In this document: positions 33,526 to 44,096 of the stretch, piece after piece
Numbering within the stretch: the first letter of the stretch is position 1
Layout: every line of letters starts with the position of its first letter
Origin: an uncultured delta proteobacterium
GTDB lineage: Bacteria > Desulfobacterota > Binatia > UBA9968
Assembly: GCA_963737905.1 (NCBI GenBank)
Contig: CAVTUQ010000002.1
Coordinates: 128,001-192,000, forward strand
Direction of reading: 5' to 3'
Length of the DNA stretch: 64,000 nucleotides
Program-made: the position numbers and the translations under genes
Notes under the pieces: model-generated
The model's input: only the letters and a program-made list of their open reading frames with translations
Databases searched by the model: none
What the model was told of the DNA's origin: nothing

Positions 33526-34293
33526 TCAAGTATCCGGCGCGGGCTTGCGGGAGAAGAACTGGCGCACCCGCGGATTCTCACTGTGATCGCGCAGTTCCTC
33601 AGGATCGCCAATAGCCACGATGCCCTTTACCTGTTTATCTAACATAATGATCCGATCCGCAATTGCAAAGATACTCGGCAGCTCATGGGTCACAACGACA
33701 AACGTAATCTTCAAGCTGCGCGAGAGACGCAAAACCAGTTCATCCAGTTCGGCGGAAGTCACGGGATCCAATCCCGCCGACAATTCGTCGAGAAAAAGCA
33801 CCCGCGGATCGAGAGCCATGGCCCGCGCGATGGCGCCGCGCTTTTGCATGCCTCCGCTGAGCTCCGACGGCATGAGATCGCCGTACCTTTCCAGTCCGAC
33901 CTGTTTGAGCTTAATCAGGGCGATCAAACGGATCGCGTCGGGCGGCAGATCCGTGAATTCCTCCAACGGCAGAGATATGTTTTCGAGCAGAGTCATGGAA
34001 CCAAACAGGGCGCCGCTTTGATACATGACGCCGAAGGTCCTGAGAATCTCGCGACGCTCTTCGCCCTGCGCCGCGGCGATGTCGTGACCTTCGATAATGA
34101 TCCTGCCCGCAGCGGGTTGGTACAGGCCGATCATATGCTTCAACAATGTGCTCTTGCCCGAACCGGAGCTACCCAGGATAAAAAAAATCTCGCCGGTGAA
34201 GACTTCGAAGTTCACCTCTTCGAGCACCACTTGACCATTGTAGGCCGCGGTGAAATTTTCCACCCGAATGATCGCCTGCCGTTCCGCGCTCAT
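33526..34293 (-). CDS. MlaF-like ABC ATPase
   Basis: GSSGSGKS, LSGGMQKR, LDELSAGLDP. Confidence 0.92.
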   Translation of the reverse strand: MSAERQAIIRVENFTAAYNGQVVLEEVNFEVFTGEIFFILGSSGSGKSTLLKHMIGLYQPAAGRIIIEGHDIAAAQGEERREILRTFGVMYQSGALFGSMTLLENISLPLEEFTDLPPDAIRLIALIKLKQVGLERYGDLMPSELSGGMQKRGAIARAMALDPRVLFLDELSAGLDPVTSAELDELVLRLSRSLKITFVVVTHELPSIFAIADRIIMLDKQVKGIVAIGDPEELRDHSENPRVRQFFSRKPAPDT

Positions 34294-34299
34294 GGTCGT

Positions 34300-35442
34300 T
34301 TAGACGTTGAGATAATAAAAAACCACTGAAAAAATTCCGTCGGTGATAACGATGAGGACAATACCGCTCACCACGGCCCGGGTCGTCGATTCACCCACGG
34401 CGCTCGCCCCGGTGGTGGTTTGTAGCCCGCGAAGGCAGCCGATGGCGGCCACCAGGATGCCGAAAACAAAGGCCTTCACCAACCCGCCGACAAACGAGCC
34501 GTAGGTGACCTGATACTGGACCTGGTGATAGAAAGTGATTAAAGGAATCCCGAAGGAGCGCATCACCACGGCACCGCCGATGAGACCCAGCAAGTCGGCA
34601 AATACCGTCAGCAGCGGTGTCATCACAACAGCGGCGATGACCCGTGTCACCACCAAAAAACGGACCGGATCCAGCCCCATGGTTTTCAGCGCGTCGATCT
34701 CTTCGCGTACTTTCATCGTTCCAAGCTCGGCGGCAAAGGCCGATCCCGAGCGGCCCGCCAGAATGATCGCCGTCATCAGCGGACCCAGCTCGCGCAGCAT
34801 CGCCAGGCCAACGAGGTTTGCTACAAAGACGTCAGCTCCGAATCGACGCAACGAAATCGCTCCCTGAAATGCCATAATCACACCCATGAGAAAACTGACG
34901 AGCACGATGATCGGAAGGGCGTTCACCCCGGCGGTTTCGGCGACCCGCACCGCGTCGCGCCAGCGGACACTCTTAGGATGCATCGCTGCTGTGCCGAGGG
35001 CCGAAACCAGTTCGCCGACAAAACTGATCAGAGATCGGGTATCCTCCCAAAACCCGACAACCGCCCGGCCGACATCCTCGGCGAGATTTGTTTTCGGCCG
35101 CCGTTGACTTTCCAACTGTTCGAGATCGCCCAGGTCCGATTCCTGCAAAAGTCCCTCGAATTCCGGACGCAGCCCGTGAATCTCCAGTTGGCCGCCGGCC
35201 TTGTGCTGCAAGTTACGTAGGTGAACGAACAACGCGATCCCTGACCCGTCGCAGTAGTCAACTTCGGCGGCGTCGACGGTCACGCTTCGGGCTTTCGCGG
35301 TGGCTACCGCCTCCGTTGCCCGCTGCCAAATCCTTCCCGTGGTGTCCGAGTCAAGCCGGCCCTCGATCGTGATGGAGACCACGCCGTCACGAACAGCACC
35401 GGCGCGCAAGCGAACGGCGGACGAGGAGAGATTCTCTTTCAT
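34300..35442 (-). CDS. MlaE permease with N-terminal STAS domain
   Basis: STAS (VDYCDGSG) plus RELGPLMTAIILAGRSGSAFAAELGTM. Confidence 0.92.
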   Translation of the reverse strand: MKENLSSSAVRLRAGAVRDGVVSITIEGRLDSDTTGRIWQRATEAVATAKARSVTVDAAEVDYCDGSGIALFVHLRNLQHKAGGQLEIHGLRPEFEGLLQESDLGDLEQLESQRRPKTNLAEDVGRAVVGFWEDTRSLISFVGELVSALGTAAMHPKSVRWRDAVRVAETAGVNALPIIVLVSFLMGVIMAFQGAISLRRFGADVFVANLVGLAMLRELGPLMTAIILAGRSGSAFAAELGTMKVREEIDALKTMGLDPVRFLVVTRVIAAVVMTPLLTVFADLLGLIGGAVVMRSFGIPLITFYHQVQYQVTYGSFVGGLVKAFVFGILVAAIGCLRGLQTTTGASAVGESTTRAVVSGIVLIVITDGIFSVVFYYLNV

Positions 35443-35602
35443 GGCATTCCGAATGATCACTTATAGTGCATGTTTTGCCCCCGCCGGTCGAGAGGTCACG
35501 GTTATTAATCCGGAGCAACCCAGTCGGTTGCCTCTGGCACTCCCGACAAGATATAGGAGAAAGAGCTTAGATGTTTTTCACGGAGTTGCAGGAGGATCTA
35601 CC

Positions 35603-35953
35603 ATGGCGAATCACGGCCTTTTACATATCGCGCTGCTGACCCGCGATCTCAAAAAAACCGAACGCTTCTACACGGAGGTTCTCGGTCTGAAGGTTGCCTT
35701 TCGCGTGCCGCCCAACATGGTTTTTCTGCGCTCCCCAGGGAGTCAGGACCTGATTAATTTCGTCGGGACCAAGAAACGCATCTCTCCCGATGATACGCTT
35801 CAACATTTCGGCTTCAAGACAACGAAGGCCCGACTCACAAGCCTAGAGAAAAAACTCAAGGAAAACGAAATCAAGGTCGAAGGCAGACGCGGCAAACACG
35901 CAATCTATTTCTCCGACCCCAACGGCTACACCATCGAGTATTACTCCGACTAG
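35603..35953 (+). CDS. VOC/glyoxalase family protein
   Basis: HIALLTRDL...FYTEVLG...HFGF...YFSDPNGYTIE; GGAGG RBS. Confidence 0.85.
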   Translation: MANHGLLHIALLTRDLKKTERFYTEVLGLKVAFRVPPNMVFLRSPGSQDLINFVGTKKRISPDDTLQHFGFKTTKARLTSLEKKLKENEIKVEGRRGKHAIYFSDPNGYTIEYYSD

Positions 35954-36000
35954 CCCGCTAGGCGATCGGCAAAAAATAGGGTGCCACGCCTGGGTGGGAA

Positions 36001-36028
36001 GGAACAAAAATCGCCGCGGAGCGTCTAA
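36001..36028 (+). promoter_or_regulatory. Candidate ECF sigma promoter
   Basis: GGAAC-16nt-CGTCTAA. Confidence 0.4.
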
Positions 36029-36067
36029 TCAATTCGAGTAAACTGAGACAATTGCCCATAAGAATGG

Positions 36068-37432
36068 ATGAGCCACACTCTGAGCAGAATTCTCGCAGCA
36101 ATTGAGCTGGCAGCGTTATTGGTACCAGCGACGGGCCGAGCTGTCGTTCGTTACAGCGCTAATTTGGGTGGACCCGTTCGGTAAGTCGGTTTTCCCCGTC
36201 GGGCTGTTTGCGCTCTTACTGATTGCGATAGCCGCCATTGCCGGGCTGTGGCGCATTCTGGCTGCTTTCATCTTTAAAGGTGCCGATTGCTTCCAAGACA
36301 TTCATCGTGTCTGGTGGTGGCTGACAATTGCCGGAGCAGTGATGGTCGTTGCCTCCCTTCCGTTGAGGCTATCGTATCGGTTGCAGTTTGCGCTCCCTGA
36401 TTCACCCTTGACGGACTTTATCTTCTATGTGTCCGCCGTGGGTTATGGGGGGACTTATCTATTGATACCGTTGGCGCCTCCAATCGTGCCGACTGGTTCG
36501 CAGTCCTGGGCGTGCTCGGGTTCAGCCTTATCGGTGTTGCGCTCCATGTCAATCGAACCAACAGCAACCTCATTCCCGGAGTGGCCTGGAGCGATCACTT
36601 TAATGTAAGGGCATGGATCGACCAGACCGTAAACCAATGGGCCTTCCGGACGGTGCTATGGAGCTTCATCGGCCGGTTGGGAGTTTGGATCCTATCACGC
36701 GCGGCGTCTGTCAAACCGGTTACACGCCTGATGCTCGCCGCCCTTGCGACGGGCATCATCCTCGAGGTCCTCCATGCCTTGGGGATGCTTCTGTACCCGT
36801 CACTAGCCATGCAGTATTTTAACACGTCGCGGGCCAACGCCTTATTCCACCCCGTGTTCATAACTCTATCGTGGTGTGTAGGAATCTGGCTAGCCACGCC
36901 CCGCAATCTGGAACAGACCCAAGCGCCCATCGCAGACATAGTTCCAACTGCGCGTCCGCCTCTAGGGCACGGGATGCGGCTGGCTATCCTGGGTATCGCA
37001 GTGATCGTTGTCGCACTCTCGGCGCGCGTCTTTTTCTCCCCAATTTCCTACACCGACCCGCGTATCGAGTTTTTCGCGAGCAATGATCCGTCGCCTAATC
37101 CCTACGGCACCTATAATCTTCTGACGCCGTCGTTTCCGGGTAATGCATCAGCCAAGCTATACGTGCACGCGCTCGTTACACTATTCCATGCACCGGGCCA
37201 ACGCTTAAGGACGATTCCTACCATGTGCCGTCTGGTTGATTCGATGGGGAAGCTTCTCATGGAGCCAAAAGAACTGCTGGTCGGAATCCCGGACGCGGTT
37301 TCCGGCCCCAGATTATATCCGAAGACGTCGTGGATCGCCTTGAGTGCGCGCGGTCCCTGGAAGCCGGGATCATATAGGGTCGACTGTAAACTTCCACGAG
37401 GCGGGGTAGCCGACAGCTTCGCAATGCGCTAA
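36068..37432 (+). CDS. Hypothetical polytopic membrane protein with soluble C-terminal domain, probably broken by 2 indels
   Basis: Hydrophobic ORFs 36102..36608 and 36512..37432 overlap and read as one protein. Confidence 0.5.
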
Positions 37433-37520
37433 TAAGAGTGATTTCCTTTTGAGGCAATGAACAACAACGGAAACAACTGCTTGTGCAAGGACCGGAACAT
37501 TCAACTCACGGGAGGTGTGT

Positions 37521-37778
37521 ATGGCTAACGAACCATTCGATCCAAAAACCGTCAGCGTCGAGGAGCTTGCCGCTTATTCGCGCAAGGTGCGGCTCGCGCG
37601 CTGGAGTGGAATCGTGGCTGGAGCGCTCCTCATCTGGCCTGCCTTCTGGGCGGCTACACAACTGCTGCCGGACTCGTTGGACTGGGCGGCAATAATTATT
37701 GTCGTTCTCGTTCCTATCGGGGCCTTTCGGCTGATATTTGAGCTACTCAAGCCGCCTGGCGCGAGTATTAAGGACTAA
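37521..37778 (+). CDS. Small 2-TM hypothetical protein
   Basis: GGAGG RBS, two hydrophobic helices. Confidence 0.6.
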   Translation: MANEPFDPKTVSVEELAAYSRKVRLARWSGIVAGALLIWPAFWAATQLLPDSLDWAAIIIVVLVPIGAFRLIFELLKPPGASIKD

Positions 37779-37842
37779 GCCATTCGCTTTGGCAAGGAAC
37801 CTGTCCTGATGCGATAGTCGCCATAGTGGGCATCAGTGTTTC

Positions 37843-38304
37843 TCACGGCCGCACTCGCTGAAATACTCTGATCCGGTCCCCCGAAGTCACAAACTCATCC
37901 GCACCCTTCCATTTAATGGTAACCATTTGCTCCTCGTTGAGGCGCACATGATCAGTCGGTGGAAGAACGTCGCCTCCCCGGCGATCCGTCGTCAGCTTCT
38001 GCGCGATCCACCGAAGGCGTTGCCCCTCCAATCGGTAGATCCCGGTGGCGGTGGCGCGAGCTCCCAGGAAAGTAACCAGCTCAACGTAAGTACCGTCGGT
38101 CCTGAAAGTTTTAAGGCTGACTACGGACCGATCACTTGATTTCCATGAACCAATCAGGGACCGTGCCGACTTCCCAGCGCGCTCACTGTCAGTCTGGCTG
38201 AGGCCGGACGGTGAGGCCAACACGAGGACAAGCTGAAACAAAAAAAGCCAGCGATACATAGATCTGGGCCGCGGCAAGATGGTCAGCGGGAAGGAATTGT
38301 CCAT
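37843..38304 (-). CDS. Secreted hypothetical protein (lipocalin-like beta-barrel motif)
   Basis: Signal-like segment, LIGSWK, FRTDGTY, GIYRLEG. Confidence 0.5.
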   Translation of the reverse strand: MDNSFPLTILPRPRSMYRWLFLFQLVLVLASPSGLSQTDSERAGKSARSLIGSWKSSDRSVVSLKTFRTDGTYVELVTFLGARATATGIYRLEGQRLRWIAQKLTTDRRGGDVLPPTDHVRLNEEQMVTIKWKGADEFVTSGDRIRVFQRVRP

Positions 38305-38435
38305 TGATGCCTGCCTGCCCATTGCAAGTTTGACACAGTACCCGTGATCAGAATATCTTGCTCCGGCTAAAACATGTCCACCCACCCCGTAATCCCCGCA
38401 ACGAACACCAACTCATTCACTACGCCGATATTCCG

Positions 38436-39626
38436 ATGAGAATTCAGTTTTCTCTGTTCGATGGCGATTGGGTCAACCGTTTCTTCTCGTCCATAGGGGT
38501 GGGAGGCCGGCGAGCCCGCGATTTAGCAGCGCGTTGTCTCATACTCGTCGGGCTCACGTGGGTGCCGCTTGCCCTGCTCGCCTATCTAGGCGGCGTAGGC
38601 AAAGGACCTGGAGGTGAGAATTTTTTCAAAGACATTGCGGCCTACATGCAACTTCTGCTGGGGCTGCCGCTCTTCGTCATAGCGGAACGCATTGTCTCGG
38701 TGCATACACGGGAAGCGGCGAGCCAATTCGTGTCAACGGGAGCAATCAGGCATCGCGACGCCCCTCGGTTGGCTAGATTTCACAGCACCATCGAACGGTT
38801 CAGAAAATCGATCACCGCCGATCTCGTGTGCATAGCGATAGCTTACTTTTTGAGCGTCATGACAATTTTGCCCTTGATCGATGATGAAAAACGGACATGG
38901 CATGCATATATACCAGAGGGAGGGATACATGAAGTGCTCAGCGCCGCCGGCTGGTGGGAGCTTCTTGTCGCCCTTCCACTGCTGAACTACTGGTGGCTGA
39001 GGTGGATTTGGAAAATCATTCTGTGGTCCTGGTACCTGTTCCGATTATCCCGATTCCACCTGAGGCTGGTTGCTTCCCACCCGGATCGCACAGGCGGCAT
39101 TGCGTTTTTGAGCGATGTGCAAACACGATTCGGCTTGGTGATTCTCGCTTACGGGGTTACCAATGTGGCATCGACCATCGCGTACAAGATGGCATTCGAG
39201 GGCGCTACGCTCACAGATTATTCAGTCTGGGGTCCCCTGGTGGGATTCATAATTGGCGCCCCGCTTTTGTTCACGATACCGCTCTTCATGTTCACGAAAC
39301 AGCTTCATCGCGCCAAGAAGCGCGCGGTTGAACGGTATCATAGAAGGGCAATTGAGCGCGCTGTCGCCTTTGAACAAAAATGGTTAAATCCACGTTCACA
39401 TGGAAAGCATGATGCGGCTGCAGAAGCCGAGCTGACCGGGTTGAGCAACCTCAACGCCGTGTACGAAAATATTAGAAGGATGCGGGTTGTCCCGTTTGAC
39501 GCCCGGTCGTTCTTGGAGTTGACGATGCAGACAGTCGGTTCACTGCTTCCCATTTTGCCCTATCTTGGCATCCCAGAACCAAACCTAAAAATGCTGGAGA
39601 GTCTGTATAAAGCGCTACCGCGCTAG
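38436..39626 (+). CDS. Uncharacterised multi-TM membrane protein
   Basis: Long ORF; LRLVASHPDRTGGIAFL, MRVVPFD motifs. Confidence 0.7.
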   Translation: MRIQFSLFDGDWVNRFFSSIGVGGRRARDLAARCLILVGLTWVPLALLAYLGGVGKGPGGENFFKDIAAYMQLLLGLPLFVIAERIVSVHTREAASQFVSTGAIRHRDAPRLARFHSTIERFRKSITADLVCIAIAYFLSVMTILPLIDDEKRTWHAYIPEGGIHEVLSAAGWWELLVALPLLNYWWLRWIWKIILWSWYLFRLSRFHLRLVASHPDRTGGIAFLSDVQTRFGLVILAYGVTNVASTIAYKMAFEGATLTDYSVWGPLVGFIIGAPLLFTIPLFMFTKQLHRAKKRAVERYHRRAIERAVAFEQKWLNPRSHGKHDAAAEAELTGLSNLNAVYENIRRMRVVPFDARSFLELTMQTVGSLLPILPYLGIPEPNLKMLESLYKALPR

Positions 39627-39713
39627 ATTGCGCATGACCCTCTGTGACCGCATAAGCCGGTGGCCCTCTGCACCGAACGAAACACGTAAAACACTATTCC
39701 GAGCCAAGCGGCT

Positions 39714-40346
39714 TTGTGCGCGTGGTCCTGTGTAGCCTCAAGATCGATTCGACATATCTCCTTCTTTTCGCCTTCAACGGGCAATGGAATGTTGGTGAGG
39801 GTAACCTCAGATGGGCCGCGCACGTCTGAATTCAACCAGATTGTGAACTGGGGCAGGTTGCCCTTGCCGCCGGTGTTCGTGGACCTTCCCGCGGCCCTGC
39901 GCATTGCGCGCAACAACGGCATGAAAGGTCCGGCAGATCGCGCTCGCCTCGACATCTGGAACCCCTCCGGCGCACCACCGATCCTTGCCTGGATGATCGG
40001 CGACAAAACAGTCAATGGCGCAACTGGAGAGATGATTGATTATGACGTAACGGGTTACATCGCGCGCTACAATACGCAGTGGCAACACGCTGCAAAGGGA
40101 TTGCTCGCGCTGATGCGCGCGGCGCAAGGGGGAAGATCGAGCGGCGGTTCTCCCAGTATCGGAGGTGATAGTAGCTACCGGGGTTCAGGACCTGACAAGC
40201 CCTATGACGACGGCAGCGCCGCGCGGCAGGAATATGAACGAAGAGCTGCGGAGAGCCGAGCCTACTGGGGCGGCACTGCAGATGATTACAATCGCGTCAA
40301 GAACGGCCAGTGCACCTGGAGCGATTCATCGAGATTCGGCTGTTGA
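39714..40346 (+). CDS. Hypothetical protein (start uncertain)
   Basis: Open frame with a Gly/Ser linker and a C-terminal Cys pair. Confidence 0.45.
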   Translation: MCAWSCVASRSIRHISFFSPSTGNGMLVRVTSDGPRTSEFNQIVNWGRLPLPPVFVDLPAALRIARNNGMKGPADRARLDIWNPSGAPPILAWMIGDKTVNGATGEMIDYDVTGYIARYNTQWQHAAKGLLALMRAAQGGRSSGGSPSIGGDSSYRGSGPDKPYDDGSAARQEYERRAAESRAYWGGTADDYNRVKNGQCTWSDSSRFGC

Positions 40347-40539
40347 ACCACTATTCATGTGTCGAACACCACAGGTTTGATTCAGAGGAACAACACTTGC
40401 GACATACCCTCGCAGATCACCTGGCGTGGCGCCGGCCGGCCCGGTGGTTCTCATTCTTTCAACGCTTCCGTCGGCAGGCACCGCTCCGCACTATTGGCGG
40501 CTGTCGCCAAGGCGGCGATCGCTTGAATGTCGGGCATTC

Positions 40540-41601
40540 TCAGGGGCCAAAGAGATCGAGCTGCGATCCTGCAGAGCGTAAAAAATGTTTCGTCGCGAGC
40601 TCCGGCCAGCGCTTATTGATTCCCGCTTTTTTGCAAGCTAGTTGAAACAACTCTCCCATTTGTTGCGCGAATATTCCCTCGCCTCGCATCCGGCTCTTAA
40701 AGTTAGGGTCGTTGAGCTTGCCACCTCGCATCGAGCGAATCCGGTTGAGCACTTTTTCCTTACGTTCGGGAAAATGTTGCTCCAACCAGTTTTCAAACAA
40801 TGTCTTCACGGCAAACGGTAAGCGCAAAGCGACATAACCGGCAAACGTCGCTCCGGCTTCCGCAGCGGCTCGAGCGATGGCCGGCGCTTCGGCGTCGGTA
40901 AGCCCGGGAATCATCGGCGCTTGCAAGTAGCCCACTGGAATTCCGGCTTCCGCGAGCGCTCTGATCGCTGCCAATCGGCGTGCCGGACTTGATGCGCGCG
41001 GCTCCATCAGGGAGCACAAATTGGGATCCAACGTCGTAAGCGAAATCGTAACGCCGACACACTGATAGCGCGCTAGCTTACGCAGGATATCGATGTCTCG
41101 CGTAACCAGATAATTCTTGGTGACGATGACCACCGGATTGCGAAACTCCAGCAACACTTCCAGGCATCGGCGCGTCAACTGGAGCTTTTTTTCCACGGGC
41201 TGATAACAGTCTGTGACCCCACTCATGGCCAGCACCTGCGGTCGCCACTTAGGATTGGATAATTCCCCGCGTAATAACTCCGGCGCGTCATCCTTCACCA
41301 TGATCTTGCTTTCGAAGTCCAAACCGGAAGAGAAGCCGAGATATTCGTGGGTCGGGCGGGCGTAGCAGTAGATGCACCCATGCTCGCACCCGCGATAAGC
41401 ATTGACGCTGGCGTCAAAGCCAACGTCGGGACTATCGTTATAAGCAATGATCGACTTGGCTGTATCGGGAAAAAACTGAGTATGGGGGGCGGAGATCTCG
41501 TCGTTGCCGTCGGGTGGCTCCGGAATCCGCTCGATGGACTCAAAGCGATTCTTCGGATTGCTGGCCGATCCCCGGCCGCGCACCCCACGCGGAGATTTCA
41601 T
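40540..41601 (-). CDS. PA0069/SplB-like radical SAM protein
   Basis: NAYRGCEHGCIYCYARPTH, SGVTDCYQP, QLDLF tail. Confidence 0.9.
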   Translation of the reverse strand: MKSPRGVRGRGSASNPKNRFESIERIPEPPDGNDEISAPHTQFFPDTAKSIIAYNDSPDVGFDASVNAYRGCEHGCIYCYARPTHEYLGFSSGLDFESKIMVKDDAPELLRGELSNPKWRPQVLAMSGVTDCYQPVEKKLQLTRRCLEVLLEFRNPVVIVTKNYLVTRDIDILRKLARYQCVGVTISLTTLDPNLCSLMEPRASSPARRLAAIRALAEAGIPVGYLQAPMIPGLTDAEAPAIARAAAEAGATFAGYVALRLPFAVKTLFENWLEQHFPERKEKVLNRIRSMRGGKLNDPNFKSRMRGEGIFAQQMGELFQLACKKAGINKRWPELATKHFLRSAGSQLDLFGP

Positions 41602-41606
41602 GGAAT

Positions 41607-42005
41607 CTATCCGGCGGCTGCCGGCGCCTCTGGGGCTACCGGCGGTGTCGGTGCAGCAGGTTGAGCAGCCTTCGCCGCCGCGACAGTTTTGGCGTCATGC
41701 GCCAGGTGGCGAGTCAATCGTTTGAGCAGTTTCACCTTTCGCTTAATCCGCTTGAGCTTCTTGCGATCGCCGTTCGACGTCAAAAGTTCCGCCTTCTGTT
41801 TCTGCAAAGCGCGAATATCCTGTTTGACCGCGTGAATCGCATTCACATCCTTGACCGACTCGTCATAGGCAATTCCCTGGGATTTGGCGATGGCCTTGAT
41901 GAGATCGTCTTTGTGCATGCCTAACACGCCCTGGAGCTCGGTCAATTCCTTGGCCAAGTCTCTCAATTTCGGCGTCGTCATTCTTTGCAATTCACTTAGA
42001 TCCAT
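41607..42005 (-). CDS. Rho N-terminal-domain-like basic protein
   Basis: MDLSELQRMTTPKLRDLAK...GMHKDDLIKAI, then a Lys/Arg coiled coil; GGAGG RBS. Confidence 0.6.
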   Translation of the reverse strand: MDLSELQRMTTPKLRDLAKELTELQGVLGMHKDDLIKAIAKSQGIAYDESVKDVNAIHAVKQDIRALQKQKAELLTSNGDRKKLKRIKRKVKLLKRLTRHLAHDAKTVAAAKAAQPAAPTPPVAPEAPAAAG

Positions 42006-42064
42006 TTCAAAATTCCTCCCTTTACACCTGATCTTCTGCTAACATATTTTCCGACAAAACCAAA

Positions 42065-42736
42065 ATGGCAATCGAGACGAAAACAAAATCAAACGCGAGT
42101 CAGAAAAAAGGCCGGGTCAAGAAGATTATCGCGCGGCTGGAAAAGGCCCATCCCGACGCCAAGCTTGACTTGGATTTTACCAATCCCCTGGAACTGCTCA
42201 TCGCTTTGATACTGGCAGCGCAGGCCCGGGACGATCTCGTCAATCGAATGACGGCCGATCTTTTCAAGAAATACCGAACGGCAAAAGATTATGCCCGCGA
42301 GACCCTACCGAAGCTGGAAAGCCAGATCAACAAAATTAACTTTTATCGCAATAAAGCAAAATCGATTCATAACTGCTGCAGCGAAATCGTCAAACGCTTC
42401 AATGGCAAAGTCCCCGACAAGCTGGACGACCTGCTTACTCTTCCCGGCGTAGGAAGAAAAACAGCCAATATCTTGCTTGGCAACGCTTTCGGGCGACAAA
42501 CCATCGGCGTCGACACCCACGTTATGCGCCTCTCGCAGCGACTCGGATTCACAAAGAACACCAACCCAGACAAGATCGAATTCGATGTCACACCGCTTGT
42601 GCCGGAAAAGCAGCGCGTGCCCTTTTGCCATCTTCTGCAATACCACGGACGGCGCGTTTGCCTTGCCAAAAACCCTCGCTGTCCAAGCTGTGCGATCATG
42701 TCGCTTTGCCCCTATCCGAACAAGACGAGATTCTGA
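42065..42736 (+). CDS. nth: Endonuclease III paralog
   Basis: LPGVGRKTAN, VDTH, CLAKNPRCPSCAIMSLC. Confidence 0.92.
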   Translation: MAIETKTKSNASQKKGRVKKIIARLEKAHPDAKLDLDFTNPLELLIALILAAQARDDLVNRMTADLFKKYRTAKDYARETLPKLESQINKINFYRNKAKSIHNCCSEIVKRFNGKVPDKLDDLLTLPGVGRKTANILLGNAFGRQTIGVDTHVMRLSQRLGFTKNTNPDKIEFDVTPLVPEKQRVPFCHLLQYHGRRVCLAKNPRCPSCAIMSLCPYPNKTRF

Positions 42737-42792
42737 TTGTTTCGCTTCCTGCAAAGCAGTACACTCCAACAGCGTGCGATCAGCGTCAGATC

Positions 42793-43545
42793 ATGATCAA
42801 AATCCTTGAGCCACCGCCCCTGTCGGGTTTGATTCGCGAGACGCGGGGTCTCCTCGAGCTGCCCCGGCTCATGTTGAGCTTTCGGGACCTTGCTCGGCAA
42901 CCTCGGGGGCAGGGTCAACCTGTTCTGCTGCTTCCTGGATACGGTGCGGGAGATGGCTCAACCGCGATCCTCAAGAGCTATTTGCGTCTGCTGGGTTATC
43001 GGGTCCGAGGCTGGGGCCTGGGACGAAATTCTGGCGATGTGCCGGATCTGCTGCCTCGCGTTCTAAAACACATCACTTCATTTGCTCGTAGAACGGAGCA
43101 GGAAGTGCGACTCATCGGCTGGAGCTTGGGAGGATACCTGGCCAGAGAGGCGGCCCGCGAACGGCCCGATCTGGTCCATCGCGTGATTACTCTCGGTACA
43201 CCCGTCGTCGGCGGCCCCAAGTACACTGTTGTCGCTCGTCGGTTTCACCGCCGTGGTATCGACATTGAGGCGATCGAGGCCGAAATCGAATTGCGCAATC
43301 AGATCTCGCTCCGTACACCCGTGACGGCGATATACTCGCGCGCGGATGCCGTCGTCGCATGGGAAGCTTGTATCGATCAAAACGGTACTGACGTGGAGCA
43401 CATCGAAGTCCGCACGACTCATATCGGTTTCGGGTTCTCTGCGGAAGTTTACAAGATCATCGCCCAGCGGCTCGCCGACGATGACAAGCCTTCTTGTCGA
43501 TCGCCGGCAGATGAAACGGCGCCGCAATTTGGCCGCCAACGCTAG
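42793..43545 (+). CDS. Alpha/beta hydrolase (lipase/PGAP1-like)
   Basis: PVLLLPG, GWSLGG nucleophile elbow, SRADAVV, H-IG. Confidence 0.85.
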   Translation: MIKILEPPPLSGLIRETRGLLELPRLMLSFRDLARQPRGQGQPVLLLPGYGAGDGSTAILKSYLRLLGYRVRGWGLGRNSGDVPDLLPRVLKHITSFARRTEQEVRLIGWSLGGYLAREAARERPDLVHRVITLGTPVVGGPKYTVVARRFHRRGIDIEAIEAEIELRNQISLRTPVTAIYSRADAVVAWEACIDQNGTDVEHIEVRTTHIGFGFSAEVYKIIAQRLADDDKPSCRSPADETAPQFGRQR

Positions 43546-43582
43546 TAAATTCAACCGTCAGTCCCTATCCACAAACGACTAG

Positions 43583-44068
43583 ATGGAACGGGACCTTCTA
43601 TACTGGCTTCTGGCCATACTCCTTGTCGCCATCGGCTTAGCGGGCGTCATTCTTCCGGCGATACCGGGTGCACCTCTGCTCTTTGCCGGCCTTTTTGTAG
43701 CGGCGTGGATGGAAGATTTTGTCTATGTGGGCAAGTGGACGCTCACGATCCTCGGTTTCCTTGCCCTCCTGACGTATGGCGTAGATTTCTGGGCAACTAT
43801 GTTTGGAGCAAAGCGCTTCGGCGCCTCCAAGCGCGCAATTGTCGGCGCTCTTGCCGGCACCATCGTGGGACTCTTCCTTGGCTTCCCGGGAGTTTTGTTT
43901 GGCCCGTTTATCGGCGCCGTAATCGGTGAGCTGTCAGCGCGGCGCAATCTCGAAGATGCGGCACGTGCAGGGTTCGGCGCGACCATCGGCTTAGTGCTGG
44001 GCGTCGCGCTCAAACTTGCGCTTGCTTTGTCAATGATTGGCATATTCGCGGTGGCCCGTTTTTTCTGA
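43583..44068 (+). CDS. DUF456 membrane protein
   Basis: LPAIPG, GAKRFGASK, GPFIGAVIGE. Confidence 0.85.
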   Translation: MERDLLYWLLAILLVAIGLAGVILPAIPGAPLLFAGLFVAAWMEDFVYVGKWTLTILGFLALLTYGVDFWATMFGAKRFGASKRAIVGALAGTIVGLFLGFPGVLFGPFIGAVIGELSARRNLEDAARAGFGATIGLVLGVALKLALALSMIGIFAVARFF

Positions 44069-44096
44069 TAACCAGACGAAGTACTTCTTGTCCCGA

